Shown piece by piece: positions 61,701-64,000 of a stretch of 64,000 bases of DNA; position 1 is the stretch's first letter, and each line of letters begins with the position of its first letter. The translations under genes and the position numbers were made by a program. The stretch comes from the human T2T-CHM13v2.0 reference genome, Homo sapiens, in assembly GCA_009914755.4 (NCBI GenBank), contig CP068257.2, forward strand, positions 40,096,001 through 40,160,000. Reading direction: 5' to 3'. The notes under the pieces are model-generated. The model did no database searches. It was not told the DNA's origin and worked only from the letters and a program-made list of their open reading frames with translations.

Positions 61701-64000
61701 CTTAATTGCGGAGTCACATGCAGTTGTAAGAAATCATTCACTTTGCCTAGTTTCCCCCAGTGTTACCACTTTGCAAAACTTTGCCAAAAAAAAAAGTCCA
61801 ATCTCACAACCAGGATATTGACTTTGATACAGTCACCGATCTTATTCAGTTTTGCCGTTTTACTCGTCTTCCTTTGCATGTATTAGTTTTACACAATGTA
61901 ATCATCTGTGTACCTTCCCGTATCCACCCCCACCTGGCCACTCCTGTGGCGATTTTACAGCCGCACCCCGGAGCCCTGGCATCACTAATCTTTCCTCTAT
62001 TTCTAAAATTGTTTTATTTCAGAAATGTTATGTTTAGATACAGGAATCATACAGCGCCTAATTTTTTGAAATTGGCTTTCTTCACTCGTTAGTCTAATTC
62101 CCTGCAGGTTCACGTCTTGCTTTTTTACACGAGTTTCCTCTCAGAAAGTAACTTTTTTTAAAAAATTACCCAACAGCAAATCTAAAGTCCATTTCAAATG
62201 CAAGAGTTCCCTCATCCTTTCCTAAATAACAGCCTCTTTTTACAGGTAGGACAGATGGTTTGAAAAGGAAAGATTTTTTTTTCACATATGGGGAAAAAAA
62301 ATTCCCAGCCTTGGAAGGATATTTGGGTTAGAGGCCGAAGTGCATCACAGATCACGCACGCGTCCACACCTCAGAAAACACTCACTCATTCCTGAGACGC
62401 AACGGTGAGTGAAGGCTTATTTTTGGCCACAGGAGATTAATAATGAAGACAGGAGGGCGGAGCTAAAGGAGAGGGTATTTTAACGACATTAACTGTGTTT
62501 TTGTGTTAGTAACTCGGAAAGAGAGAGGCTGCCCCAAGTCAGCGCATTGAAAGCCGCAGACCTAGTGTCTCCAGGCTCCCCCTTCCAAACGGGCGCGGAC
62601 CTTCTTTCATAGCCTGTAGCGGGGAGCCGCGTCTCCCCACTGCCTCCCCACTCCCATCCGGCCGCTCTTTGGAGGGAACTCACACATCCCAACATGACGA
62701 TGCTTGCTCGGGGGGCCTCCTGGGGGGACCAGGGAGCCACTTCCTTTCCCACATACTCCGGAAATTAAAGTTGGTCTCCTTAAGGCTGGAGTGGCAAATA
62801 GTTGTTTTAAGCTTGTCACAAATGTAACTTACATTTGGACTAATGTTTTAAAAAATAATTGGAGTTTTGAATCTACGAAGATACCTTGGAAGTAAACATA
62901 GTTATTATTTTGGTGGGAAAAAAATGAATGGACTTGAAAGTGAGTCACCTGTCCTGTTCCCGGGGCTCAGCTCTAGCAAAGTACCTTTCTCCATCTACAG
63001 TCTCCGGCACACAGCTCCGCAGCTGGGGGTGACTAAGAGCCCACACCACGCAAGTAATAAAACGCTCCAATTTCATTTATTTAATCATCTGTGTGCTTCA
63101 TTTGACAAATATTTATGGAGTGTCTGCTGCTAGCTCAGTGCCTGGTGCCTGGGACTGAAGACCAGAGCCCCCTGGAGACCAAAAGAGCCAGCTCCCAGCT
63201 GTGAGCAGATCGGGTCCAAAGATCACGGGCTCGGCGGCAGGAACCTGGTTTGGTATCCGGCTCCTCTGCGGACTTTGAAGTGCTTTACCGATTCACATGA
63301 CAACTGGTAAAACGAAAACAAACACCTTTCCAGGAATTGTGAATTCGAGTTCCAGACCCTCTGGGATTCCGGGAGCGCAGCTGCTATTTATGTTAACAGT
63401 CATTGGTCCCAGGCTGGTGAGGTTAGAATTTCCAAGTATAAAAGTAATTTAGTTTCGTTTTAAATACATTTTAGGGCCAAAGAAAAGTGGAACGATTTAA
63501 AGAAAAAGATGAAATGAATAATAGGGCAAGTTGGGAGGTGGCTGTCCTGAGGTTTCATGGGACAACATTAATTAACCTCATGAAGTGCCTGCATGGACAA
63601 CGTGCCCGGTGTGGTTACAAACAAACCAATCAGCACAGATCCTGGGTGGAAAGCAGGGCGCAGCCACGGAGGCACAGTAGGGGTGCAGACTTGAAGGTTT
63701 TTAGGAGGTAAGCCCCGAGGGCACGAAGCTCCACGGAGAGACTGTTGACCCGCCTGGGAGTGCAGGTGAGGAGGGGAGGGACGACGAGGGGAGACAATGG
63801 GGGGTGGGAGGTGGGAAGGAGGAGTTGGGGAAGGGGGCTGTCTGCTGACATTTGCAAGCCCCCACTCCCCCACTACCCTGTGTTCCTCCTGGCCCCTTCC
63901 CCAGAAGAATTCCAAGCCAGTTTCCTCCTATACTGGATGTCCTGACAGCGAATCTAAATAGGTGATCCCTTGAGCTCCAGGTCCCCAAGCTGTGCCCTTC

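Overview
This window is primate (almost certainly human) nuclear DNA from chromosome 21q22.3, carrying the complete RIPK4 gene on the minus strand. I reconstructed eight coding exons (about 33.8–61.6 kb of the window) with canonical GT/AG splice sites. Joined in frame they give a 784-aa product: an N-terminal Ser/Thr kinase, an intermediate region, and a C-terminal ankyrin-repeat domain. The last exon ends ...ATLLRRSKT*, which I recognise as the RIPK4 C-terminus. Exon 1 lies in a TATA-less CpG island with three Sp1 GC boxes and a CRE/ETS-like element, and a candidate AATAAA signal defines a ~1.46-kb 3'UTR. A 66-nt hairpin abuts the 3' splice site of intron 4; its arms match my recollection of hsa-miR-6814-5p/3p, which would make it a 5'-tailed mirtron. 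The 34 kb downstream of the gene (window 1–33.7 kb) has no convincing protein-coding gene. It contains Alu SINEs, L1 fragments, MaLR-type LTR fragments, several micro- and minisatellites, a G4-prone G-rich block, and an orphan CpG-rich segment directly abutting a ~207-bp near-pure polypyrimidine tract. It also holds a long (GAA.TTC)n triplet tract of about 65 units followed by (TTA)n. Nothing here resembles a prokaryotic or phage system. The most interesting items are the mirtron geometry, the long GAA.TTC tract, and the orphan CpG island with its H-DNA-capable tract. No database search was possible, so family names of older repeats and the miRNA identity rest on memory and sequence-internal evidence.
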